From Bdellovibrionales bacterium (lineage in GTDB: Bacteria > Bdellovibrionota > Bdellovibrionia > Bdellovibrionales > JAMPXM01): a DNA stretch of 64,000 bases. The stretch is from positions 27,280 through 91,279 of the forward strand of contig JAYUEN010000398.1 of assembly GCA_043739185.1 (NCBI GenBank), given 5' to 3'. This document shows positions 30,469 through 41,000 of the stretch, one piece after another (positions within the stretch are counted from its first letter, which is position 1; every line of letters begins with the position of its first letter). Both the position numbers and the translations under genes were made by a program. The notes under the pieces are model-generated. The model was not told the origin of the DNA and did not search any database. It saw only the letters and a list, made by a program, of their open reading frames with translations.

Positions 30469-31782
30469 CTAGTCTGAATCCCGAAGAGCATCAGAAACCT
30501 TCATATATAATGCCCGTCGCACCGGAAAGGCGCAGGCTAAAAGCGAAATAAGAATCAATGTAAAAGTTGAAAATACTATGGTTTTTGGACTAACTGTCAT
30601 CGCAAAGGCAACACTGTCTGACAGCATCCCGAGTTTATAAGGAATTTCAATAGCATTGATTATAAGCGCCAAAAAGTAAGAAAGAAAAACGCCGATCAAT
30701 ACGCCAAAAAAACTCAAGAAAAAAGATTCTGATAGGAATAAAATAAAAATATGTTGAGCGCGAAAGCCCAAGCTCAGTAAGGTTCCGATCTCGCGTGTCC
30801 GTTCAAAGACCAAGCGGTAAAAAGTGGTAACAACTGAAAGGGTTCCAATAAAGATAACCACAACAGTGATAAAATTTCGAAAGACGAAGAGAAAATCAAT
30901 ACTCTTTATATAAAAATCGCCAATGTCAAAATTTCTCCAAGACTTCAAATGTAGAGCGGGAACCTTGGCTTGAACGTACTTGAATTGCGAAATTAAAGTT
31001 GGAATATCCGATTTGTTTTTAAGGCGAATTGAGGTCATTGAAAGACTCTTGGTTTTCATTAAATTTTGGACTAAACTCAAAGGCGCCATAATGAGCCTTT
31101 GATCTAAATCACTAAAGACGCCATCAACAATTCCTACAATTTCAACTTCGGCGGCATTGATTTGGCCAGTTTCAGTCATGAGTGAAATTTGCACGCTTTT
31201 GTGTTCACAATGAAAAGTCCGATTCTTAGCTTCATAGCCATTTTTATTAATTTTGGGATGATAATTTTCGTCCTCTGAGCAGCCGATTATTTCAGCTAGG
31301 CGTCTGCCTACTACAATGATGTGATCCGTTGCGCTACTTTGTTTAAAGGCATCGTCTAATGGGGCTCCAGCTAGTGTATTCCAGCCCCAATAGGGATCGC
31401 GCATTCTGCGTCCCATCTCTGGGTCGTATCCAACTCCTGAAAATATGATTTGGAGGGAGCCTGTATTGAGTGCGCCCGAGAAATTTAAGAAAGGAACCCC
31501 AACGTCTATTTGCCCGCTATGTTCTTTTAAAAATGAGTCGATAGGCCCTTGTTCTTCTATGGTTGTATTGTCTAGCCGACTTTCTTTCCTAATAAGTAAA
31601 TCCCCATACATACTGCGATTTTCATAAGTGCGATCAAACAGAATATTGGTGTCGAAAATATAGGCTTCAAATAAATTAAGCGCAATAAAGCCACTGGCGA
31701 CAGATAAAATAGCCGCAAGAGTTTTTTTACGCGAACTCATTACATTCTTGATCGCAAGCTGAATGATTTTAAAATAAACCAT
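30469..31782 (-). CDS. ABC transporter permease (LolC/E, FtsX-like)
   Basis: One TM, a large periplasmic domain and three TMs; ERTREIGTLLSLGF. Confidence 0.9.
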   Translation of the reverse strand: MVYFKIIQLAIKNVMSSRKKTLAAILSVASGFIALNLFEAYIFDTNILFDRTYENRSMYGDLLIRKESRLDNTTIEEQGPIDSFLKEHSGQIDVGVPFLNFSGALNTGSLQIIFSGVGYDPEMGRRMRDPYWGWNTLAGAPLDDAFKQSSATDHIIVVGRRLAEIIGCSEDENYHPKINKNGYEAKNRTFHCEHKSVQISLMTETGQINAAEVEIVGIVDGVFSDLDQRLIMAPLSLVQNLMKTKSLSMTSIRLKNKSDIPTLISQFKYVQAKVPALHLKSWRNFDIGDFYIKSIDFLFVFRNFITVVVIFIGTLSVVTTFYRLVFERTREIGTLLSLGFRAQHIFILFLSESFFLSFFGVLIGVFLSYFLALIINAIEIPYKLGMLSDSVAFAMTVSPKTIVFSTFTLILISLLACAFPVRRALYMKVSDALRDSD

Positions 31783-31785
31783 AAC

Positions 31786-33177
31786 CTATGCCCTCATCAA
31801 ATCTATGATTTTTTGAAGCATCATTTTTCGAGAAATGATCCAGGTCGTAAGTAAAACTATGATGAGCATCGAAATTAAAACAGAATAAGTATAAATAAAA
31901 GTAGGTTGTAAAACGAATTGCAGGTCATTGGCAAAGCCCGGTATTCGAAAGCGAAAATTCAAATGATTATTTAGGGACTTTAATAAGAAAGCCAAAAAAC
32001 CACCGAAACAAAAACTGACAAATGAAATAATTAAGTACTCAAAAGAAAATAAAATTTGAATTTGTTGGGGGCGAAAACCAATAGAGCGTAGGCTTGCAAT
32101 CTCGGGCTTTCGCTCTAGAAAAGAAATTTGAAGCGAGTTTGCTATTGATAAGATAACCACCCCGCAAACGAGAACCGCGAAAAATGAAATCATCACATAA
32201 ACAAAATTCATAGCGCCTCGGTAAATCTCACTGACTTGTTCTTCGCGATAGCTATGAATCTCAACATTTTGAATATGATTTTGCTGAAGCTCGCGGTTTA
32301 GAGCGGCCTGTAATTTTTCGAGTTCTGAGACCTTCTCTAAAATGACTGCAATTCTTGAAATATGATCAGTCCGTAAGAGGTTCTGCGCGGTTTGAAAAGG
32401 AAGTAGGACTGAGGTTTCATCTGTAAAACTGAACCCGGTAGACATAAGGCCACTGATCGCGGCATCGGTTACGCCCAATCCTCCGTCACTGGCTTGAGCA
32501 AAAATTTGAACAAAGGGATCTTCTGCAATTTTTTTTGCAGAGTCTGGGCTTTTGCAGTCTAAGGCTTGAAGATTTGCGCTTGGTACAATTTCTGTCAGAA
32601 TATTTTGCTTTTTCAAAAGTGAAAAGAGAACCGGACTCATATTTATCGGAACCAAATCAGAATTTCGCGTCCAGAATCCGGCACCACGATCAAACTTTGT
32701 AAGTTCTGGTATTTCTCTTAAAACCTGCGGATGTGAGTAAATCCAGTTGAGATCGGCTGGGTCTACGCCGGTAAACAAGATGGGCAGACTTAGGCACGAA
32801 TTAGTGATCATGGCCTGGCCACTTAAAACCGAAATTACTTTGTCATTTGAATTTAAATTCCGACTCAGAATGTTTTTAATTTTGTCGGCTTCTTCGGCGT
32901 TCAAACTATATTGATTTGGGTTTTGATAATAAAATTTAATCGCATTTTTCTTCCAAAAAGAGAGGTGCCCAACTTGTCTTAGAAAGATACTCTGGGTGGC
33001 TAAATAATCCTCCATGCGAAGCATATAGCCGCCGAGAAGAACCAAACCACAAAAGCCAAAGGATAGGCCTAGGCAAGTAAAAATATGGCGTCTTCTATAG
33101 GTCCAGACATTTCGTGAGGCGAGCTTCCAGATTTTGGGAAGTTTGGAGATTGAATTGCTTTTTTGAATTTCGCTCAA
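31786..33177 (-). CDS. ABC transporter permease (LolC/E, FtsX-like)
   Basis: LASRNVW..RRR; ERKPEIASLRSIGF; same topology as the neighbouring permease. Confidence 0.9.
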   Translation of the reverse strand: MSEIQKSNSISKLPKIWKLASRNVWTYRRRHIFTCLGLSFGFCGLVLLGGYMLRMEDYLATQSIFLRQVGHLSFWKKNAIKFYYQNPNQYSLNAEEADKIKNILSRNLNSNDKVISVLSGQAMITNSCLSLPILFTGVDPADLNWIYSHPQVLREIPELTKFDRGAGFWTRNSDLVPINMSPVLFSLLKKQNILTEIVPSANLQALDCKSPDSAKKIAEDPFVQIFAQASDGGLGVTDAAISGLMSTGFSFTDETSVLLPFQTAQNLLRTDHISRIAVILEKVSELEKLQAALNRELQQNHIQNVEIHSYREEQVSEIYRGAMNFVYVMISFFAVLVCGVVILSIANSLQISFLERKPEIASLRSIGFRPQQIQILFSFEYLIISFVSFCFGGFLAFLLKSLNNHLNFRFRIPGFANDLQFVLQPTFIYTYSVLISMLIIVLLTTWIISRKMMLQKIIDLMRA

Positions 33178-33195
33178 GCAAACTCCGTCAATTAA

Positions 33196-33609
33196 CTATA
33201 TTAAAAGTTGAAAGTTCCCGTAACCCATAATTAAAAGCGAGATGGTCCCGCAACTTACGGGAACAACTTCTAAATACTTAAGCGGCAAATAAATTGAGCC
33301 GAGAAATAAAAAACTCGGAACTCCCCACATACAAACTAACCAACAATAACTACCAATCATCTTAAAAGAGTCTGAGATTGGCATGGCATCGATGTATTGG
33401 CCATAGACAATCGAAATGAGTGGCAGAGCAAAGAGAGCAATATGCGCGAGTCGATTCATCCTTCTGGGTAAATCTGTATAATTGTGATGACCGGGGGGCG
33501 TTTTGAATGGACCCGCAAATGACCAAAGGCCTAGGGTTGATCCGGTCAATATTCCCATGATCATAGTAATCCATCCGAGATGAATATTTAAAAGTCCGTA
33601 ATGGGTCAT
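33196..33609 (-). CDS. Small 4-TM membrane protein
   Basis: Four hydrophobic helices; RRMNRLAH motif; first gene of the permease operon. Confidence 0.75.
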   Translation of the reverse strand: MTHYGLLNIHLGWITMIMGILTGSTLGLWSFAGPFKTPPGHHNYTDLPRRMNRLAHIALFALPLISIVYGQYIDAMPISDSFKMIGSYCWLVCMWGVPSFLFLGSIYLPLKYLEVVPVSCGTISLLIMGYGNFQLLI

Positions 33610-33662
33610 AGGGCCTCTTTCTTAAAAAGAACTTTTCAACTCATAAAGAATTTTGCTGGTAA

Positions 33663-33920
33663 AAGAGCCTCATTTCAAGCTCAAATAGGTTCTTTCTTCT
33701 TTATGATGGTAAAACCTTGAACACTTCTGCGTCAGGCATTCCGAATTCAGTCAACTGCAACTGATACGGACTCTGACACACTGAAGGCTGTTCACCGAAA
33801 CTGGTAAGCGGTTGACGGCCGCTGCTGCCGTTAAAACTGATTTAAAATCTAGATATGAAGCGAGCTCACCCAAGAGAAGACAGAGCCCAAATTCTGACAA
33901 AAATGGCTCAATCGCCCATA
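33663..33920 (+). repeat. Degenerate dispersed repeat, copy C
   Basis: Colinear with 25485-25760; shares gacacactgaa and cgctgctgccgt with 44431-44487. Confidence 0.75.
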
Positions 33921-34116
33921 AGTTCTGCGGCCTCAAACTTGATTTGATTTGAAGTTTGCTAAACAAATATCAAATTTACATCCGCGCCAAAAAGTCAAAA
34001 GGACGGCGAAGACTGTGGCCCCGTTGGTTGAAAGCTTGAGTCCTTCGACTTTTAAAATCGTCAAAAAGTTCGACAGAGGTTTTTTTTCCTGATGTATAAG
34101 TAAAAAAATGCGGCCA

Positions 34117-34132
34117 TGGCGTTGGAATTGCA
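34117..34132 (+). promoter_or_regulatory. Putative sigma54 promoter of the diiron enzyme-PKS operon
   Basis: TGGCGT-TGGAA-TTGCA (GG-N10-GC), followed by a GAGGAGG RBS and the ATG at 34179. Confidence 0.65.
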
Positions 34133-34178
34133 AATTGTGATTTGGTAGCGCCAGTCCGAAGCCCTGAGGAGGATTCAA

Positions 34179-35066
34179 ATGTCGACCGCAGTTTCAATTA
34201 AGAGTTTGTTAAAAGTTCTCGATTCAAAGAGTCTCAATCATCCAAGAGCAATCGGACGACAAGCAGTGCAAGCCAGTGTTGGCGAATCTGATTGGAATCG
34301 AAATCTTCTTTTCTCAAACGAGCTTCAAAGAAAAATTGACAAACATAAACTTTGTCGGCACCCGCTGATTGGTTTGTTGAGTACTGAAAAGCTCAATGTA
34401 AACGCCACAAAAATTATTCATTTTGAGTTTTCATACGCATTTGCCGAAATATTTACCGACTCTCTTATTCAAGCGATGACAACCTCGGCTTCATTAGAGC
34501 CGCGGCTTGGAGCTATGGGCAAGGTTTCGGCGCGATTTTTACTCCAGCTCAATTTGCTCGATGAATTGGGTTTTAAACCCATGGTAAATGGGTCTGAAGA
34601 CTCTGAATTTTGTGGCAATCCATTTTTAGCCCACTATGTACAATTCAATGAAACAATCGAGGAATTGGGCGGCCTTCATAAAGATATCTTAAATTATAAG
34701 GCGTCGGCAGCAGCCGCGACGGCGCGTAGAACATTTACCGATCATTACAGCGACCACTTGAATCTTACAACCGTGCTCGCAGTTGCAGAGACTGTATTTA
34801 CCCTCTTCGCAGGTCCCTGGGCCAAGAGCGTGAGTTTATCAACTGATATTGATGTGAGTCGAGGTTATCACAAAATTCACGTTGAAGATGACCATGGAGA
34901 ATTTGTTGATGACGATCACTCAGAAGATTCTTGGTATATTTTTCGTCAAGCCGTTGAAGAAAAGGATTTCAAATTGGTAGAAGAAAATATTTTGCAATGG
35001 TTAGACACCTGGTATGACTTTGGCGATGAGGTCATGCACATTGCTCGTCAGCTCTCAAAGAAGTAA
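34179..35066 (+). CDS. Heme-oxygenase-like diiron oxidase (HDO; CADD/PqqC-like fold)
   Basis: HPL near the N-terminus; NLLDELG...AHY, AVAET and YHKIHVEDDH...DDDH fit the E..H / E / H..D..H ligand pattern. Confidence 0.72.
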   Translation: MSTAVSIKSLLKVLDSKSLNHPRAIGRQAVQASVGESDWNRNLLFSNELQRKIDKHKLCRHPLIGLLSTEKLNVNATKIIHFEFSYAFAEIFTDSLIQAMTTSASLEPRLGAMGKVSARFLLQLNLLDELGFKPMVNGSEDSEFCGNPFLAHYVQFNETIEELGGLHKDILNYKASAAAATARRTFTDHYSDHLNLTTVLAVAETVFTLFAGPWAKSVSLSTDIDVSRGYHKIHVEDDHGEFVDDDHSEDSWYIFRQAVEEKDFKLVEENILQWLDTWYDFGDEVMHIARQLSKK

Positions 35067-35084
35067 ACCATTAAGGAAATAGTC

Positions 35085-38000
35085 ATGAGCGATCTTCGGG
35101 ATTCTAAAACCTCTTCTGTTGATGAATTGATTGAGCTCATCACTTCAGAAATAGCAACGGTGACGGGCATTCCTGCGTCTAAAATATCAATTGATCAGGG
35201 TTTTATGGAGATGGGAATTGAATCCCTACAGGCCGTAGCGATAATCGAAAATCTTTCATTAAAGCTTCATGAAAACCTAAATGTAGAGTTACTCTTTGAT
35301 CATCCTAATATTCAGAAACTTGCAATACATCTTGAGCTCGAATCAAATTTAAAAGAGCGGAAAATCATAGCCGAACGATCAATATCCCCTGGCGCTGATG
35401 AGCTCTTAAAATCTGAAAAAGAAATCTTTGAAAATACAGATATTTCAATTGTAGGAATGAGCTGTCGCTTTCCTAAAGCCAACGGGCTGCTTGAGTTTTA
35501 TGACCTCCTTTTAAATGGCAGAAGTGGCATTGATAGCATGACAAAAGATAGGCTCAAACTGCACGCTGAACATCGCCAAAAAGAAATGGGTTTTGTCGAA
35601 GCCATTGAGAATTTTGCTTCTGATGCGTTTTCAATCTCTAGTCATGAAGCAAATTTAATGGATCCACAGCAAAGAATGCTGCTCGAAGAATGCAACCGAG
35701 CACTCGAAGATGCAGGCTATACTCCAAAGGATTTGCAAGGATCTCATACCGGAGTTTTCATTGGGGTCAGCAATTCAGACTATGCATTTGAAATCTCAAA
35801 ATCGAGTCGAGTCGATATTTTCACTTCACTAGGAAATGCTCATTCAATAGTCGCAAATCGAATTTCATACTTCTATGATCTGAAGGGTCCAAGTTTAGCC
35901 GTAGATACAGCCTGTTCTTCGTCACTTGTTGCTCTTCATATGGCCGTTCAAAGCTTGGCGCGAAATGAAATCGAAATGGCTATTGTTGGTGGAGTCAATT
36001 CCCTATTGAGTTCCGAAATTACCAATGCTTTTTGGGAAGCGGGTATGCTTTCTCCTGATTCACGTTGTTTTACTTTTTCAAAAGAAGCCAATGGCTATGT
36101 TCGGGGCGAAGGAGTAGGAGTTATTGTCCTTCGTCGAAGTAAGGATATGGTAGGAAACAGCTTTCGCAGTTATGCGAAAATAAAGGCCACAGCAATCAAT
36201 CAAGATGGAAAATCTAGCGGATTGACAGCTCCAAACGGGAGCGCACAAGAAAGCGCGTTGCGAGAAGCACTTTTAAAAGCAAATTTAAATCCTGAAGAAA
36301 TTTCTTACCATGAAGCTCATGGCACGGCCACAGCACTTGGCGATCCGATCGAATTGCTTGCGCTAGAGCGAATTCACAAGCTGCGACTGAAAGATCAGCC
36401 ACTTCTTATTGGATCGGTCAAAACTAATATTGGGCATCTCGAATCTGCAGCTGGTATCGCTTCAGTGATAAAGGTAGCGCTCGGACTTTATTATAAAAAA
36501 ATATTCAAGAATCTGAATTTCAGCGAAATCAATCCGCAGATTAAAAACCGCATTGCGTCTCTTGAACCTGTTTTGCTAAGGCAGGATTGGTCCTCACGTC
36601 ATGGCGAACGACTCTATGCAAGTCTAAGCTCATTCGGATTTGGAGGTACCAATGCCTGTGCAATTCTTGCCGAAGCAGATATGCCATTCCCTCAAACTAA
36701 AACCGACATTGTTGATTCGTTAGATTTGAAAACCGAGAACAAGGGCCACATCGTTTTTGCTTGGTCTGCCAACTCCCAGGCTGCGGTTCGAAATGGAATG
36801 AAAAACTTATTGAATCAAGTTAAATACAAAAGTTGGGATGAAGCAGCCATTTATGCCCAGGCGAGTATTGCAAAGCGAAGGTTTTTCAAAGATCAAATTT
36901 TGGTTAATGTGAGCAGCAAAAAACAGCTGCAAGACTTGTCAGCCCTATTTCAGGATTCATCAATTGACCTGTCGAATATTGAAAATATTCGTGAATTTAA
37001 AAAGCAAAAGCTCGGGAGTAAGCGCATCGCCTTTCTGTTTACAGGTCAAGGCGCTCAATACTCTCAAATGTATTATACATTATATGAAGATGATATACTG
37101 TTTAAGTCATTAGTAGATGAGGCCCTGCAAGAAGCGCAAATCTATTATCCAAAAAATCTCTATCAGGTCTGGACGGATGCACGTTTAGTTTCGGATCTTG
37201 ATCAAACCGACTATTCACAAATCCTTCTCTTTGCGCTGGCTTTAAGCTTTGCCAAATATTTGAAAATCAAATTCAATGTTGAGCCTGAATATTCATTTGG
37301 CCATAGTTTGGGAGAGATTACGGCGGCAGCTTTTGCCGGCGCATTTGATTTGAAGACATCTATTCAGATGGTGGCTTGCCGGGCTCGGCTCATGTGGCAG
37401 ACTCAAGCCGGCGCTATGACGGCTGTCTTTGAAGCCAAAACTCAAATTGAATCTATTCTGATAAAATATGCTATTGAACTAGATATTTCAGCCATCAACG
37501 GGCCAAGATTTATTGTACTGTCAGGCCCAGAGAATGAAATAATCAAACTTGAAACCGGTTGCGACAAAGAAAGAATAAAATATGTTCGCTTGAAACCAAA
37601 GCAAGGCTTTCATTCACGCCTTATGGACCCAATTTTACAGGAATATCAAAGTGCGCTTAATGATTTGAGTTTTGAAGCTTTGAAATCACCGATCGTTTCT
37701 TCTCTTACTGGCGATCTGCTTCCGGAGGGCTTTCATTACAAGCCTGAGTATTGGCTCGAGCAAATGAGAAGGCCTACGCAATTTGATAAGGCGCTGGCTA
37801 CAATGCAAGATTTAAAAGTAACTCACTTTATTGAAATTGGGCCCGAGCCTCAATTGATTGGTATGGCCAAATTAACAGGAAAAAACAAACCGGCAAATTG
37901 GGTTCATTTTTTCGACAAACAACTACTGCGAAAAAGTTTTGTTGAAGCCAGCTTTTTCTTATTTGAAAATGATTTGACTGCTGACGCTGATTTTTTTAAG

Positions 38001-41000
38001 AAGTCACAGATAAATATTGCAAGTTTTCTCCCAAAAACTATTTTGAGCGGCACGGCTCATTGGCACTCATTTGAAGACGAAATGAAACACAAAACGAGGC
38101 AGCACACGGACGCGATCAAATCCAAGGACGCCTTAACTCCGGCTTTCAATCGCAAGGAAAATCAAATGGAATTTTTAAATCCGAATGAAGCTTTACAAGA
38201 ACTAGAAGTGCAGAAAGAACTCGTGCAAATTGTTGCCTCTGTCATGAGAGTTTCGATTCAGGATATATCACTTGATGAAAGCCTAGTCGATATCGGAGCC
38301 GACTCTTTGGTACTCATGAATGCCGTTCAGACTATAAAGGAAACCTATGAAGTATCGATTCCGATTTCGGAAGTCTTCAAAGACCTCAATAATCTAAGGA
38401 AAATTGCGAACTTTATTGTCAACGAATCCCCGGTAATTCAGAGCCGGAATCCGGTTGAAGAATCACTTTCTTCAAGCCTGCCGCAATTCGAAAGTTCAAA
38501 TCTAACGCCTGAAGTGGTCAAGCTCTTTCAAAATCAAATTGCTATTATGAATCGACAACTTGAGGTTTTGGGACTCAATGCAAGCGCTCAAAAGCTCAAT
38601 GTACCAAATCAACAAATATTGCCACCAGAGAAATTAGAAATTGCAAATCTAGGCAAAGAAAAGCGCGGAGTACTTGGCAATTTCAAAAATTTTGCAAACC
38701 TCGAGGCCGAGACCGAATCGGATCGAATGAAGAATAGATTTCTCAATAGAGTCATTGCGGAATTCAACGCCAAGACACCTAAGACAAAAACTCACGTTCA
38801 GAAATATCGCAAACAACTCGCTGATAATCGCGTGAGTGCTGGCTTCAGGCCCAATACAAAGGAAATGATATATCCAATTCATTGTCTCAAGGCTAAAGGA
38901 AGTAAATTTATAGATTTAGACGGGAATGAGTTTACCGATTTTAGTATGGGCTTTGGCGTGAATCTCTTTGGCCATTCACCTGATTTTATAGAGGCAGCCC
39001 TTTTAGAACAAATGAAGAACGGAATGTGTCTGGGGCCGCAGTCATTTTTGGCCGGAGATGTTGCTTCTCAATTGAGTGAATTGACCGGACTTGAACGCGT
39101 GGCATTTGTCAATTCTGGTACCGAAGCAGTTATGACCGCTGTTCGCCTTGCACGCGCCGGTACGAAGCGCTCAAAGATTGTGATTTTTGATGGCTCCTAT
39201 CATGGCCATTTTGATGGTATCCTTGCTCGTCCAAGTCGGAGTTTAAAATCCCATCCGGTGGCGGCCGGAATTTCGGAAAGTCTTTTAGAGGATGTCATTG
39301 TGCTCGAATATGGTAGCGCTCGCTCACTCGAAATAATTGAAGAGATGGGTGAAAATTTGGCAGGAGTCTTGGTTGAACCTGTTCAAAGTCGTTTTCCGGA
39401 ATTTCAACCCCAGGCCTTTTTACAAAAGTTAAGAGAAATTACCAAGCGCAATGGGACAGCATTTATTTGGGATGAAGTGATCACAGGTTTTCGAATTCAT
39501 CCCGGTGGTGCACAAGCTCATTTTGAAATTCAAGCCGATATCGCCACTTACGGAAAAATTCTAGGTGGAGGAATGCCAATTGGTGCGGTGGCTGGCTCTG
39601 CAAAATATTTGGATTTTATTGATGGTGGTCATTGGCAATTTGGAGATCAATCTTATCCGAGTCATGAAATGACTTTTTTTGCGGGAACCTTTTCTAAACA
39701 TCCTTTAGCGATGGCAGCGGCAAATGCAGTACTTTTGAAGCTCAAGCAAGAAGGTAAGGAATTGATCGAGAGCCTAAATGAAAAGACCACTCAACTTTGT
39801 AGAGAATTAAATTCGTATTTTAAAGAACAATATTTGGCTATTGAGCTAAATAATTATGGTTCATTGTTTAGGTTCAAAGCGGCCTTAAATTTAGATTTAT
39901 TTTTTACGCTTTTGAACAGTCGTGGCTTTTATGTTTGGGAGGGCCGAAATCTATTTTTATCAACGGCACATTCGGCAGAAGACATTCAAAATTTCAAGCA
40001 GGCCGTCGTTGACATTACTGGCGAGCTCCTTTCAGAAGGCATCTTAGTCCCGCAAAAGCCAGCTTTGGTTAAGCCCTTAAGCCTCAGTTTGCCTCAAGCT
40101 AGGTTTGCAAATTTAAGTGCGAATCTAGAATTTGGAAATTCAGCAAGTTTGATTTGTGTTAGCGCCAAGGTCAAAGGCTTCTTGGATATTGAGAAGCTTA
40201 AACTTGCTCTGCAGATACTTCAAGATTCGCATGACCTTTTTAATTTAAGAGTCAATATTAACGATAAGCTCCAAGAGTTTTCATCGCTTGCATCTCCTGT
40301 TGATTTTGAATTTTTGAACTACCGATCTGAAAAATCTCCCTGGAAAATATTAGACCAAGAACTAAATATGCTGGCCCAGACAAATTTTGATTTAACCAAA
40401 TCCCCAGGCATTTTGGTGAGGCTATTTGAGGTGGCGGTTGATACTCACGTATTGGCGGTTATTACTCACCATCTGGTATTTGATGGCTGGACCATGACCC
40501 TCTATTTCGAAGAGCTTGCTCGCATTTACAATAGTCTGCTTTTAGGAACTACGCCTGCAAAGAATCAACAATTGAGTTACGAACAATTCCTGAATCAATC
40601 CTCAATGAATAGAGTCGATGAAAAACTACTGAGTGCCAAAAGTTATTGGGAAAACGAATTCGCAGAGATTTTAGGTAACCAAGCAGAAAATTCGGTGGCC
40701 ATTGAAAAAAGCCTAAAGGGACAACGCATCGTTTTTGATCTAGAATTGAAACTTTATAAAGCCCTCAAGCTATGGGCAAGAGAACACAAAATGACCGCGT
40801 TCATGTTTTTATTCGGCTGTTTTGCAAAAGCACTTATGACTCGTCTTCATAAAAATGAAATTGTAATTGGCATTCCGGTCGCGAACCGCGATTATCCGGG
40901 CTCAGAAAAAATGTTTGGGAATTGTGTGAATTTACTTCCGGTAAAAATTCAAAATAGCGAGCCCAATGTTGAAGCTTATTTTGCCTATGTAAAATCAAAA

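Noticed and set aside
33751..34197. Short minus-strand ORFs (33751-33966, 33933-34178, 33976-34197)
   Set aside because: They overlap the dispersed repeat and promoter; the frames are not preserved in other repeat copies.
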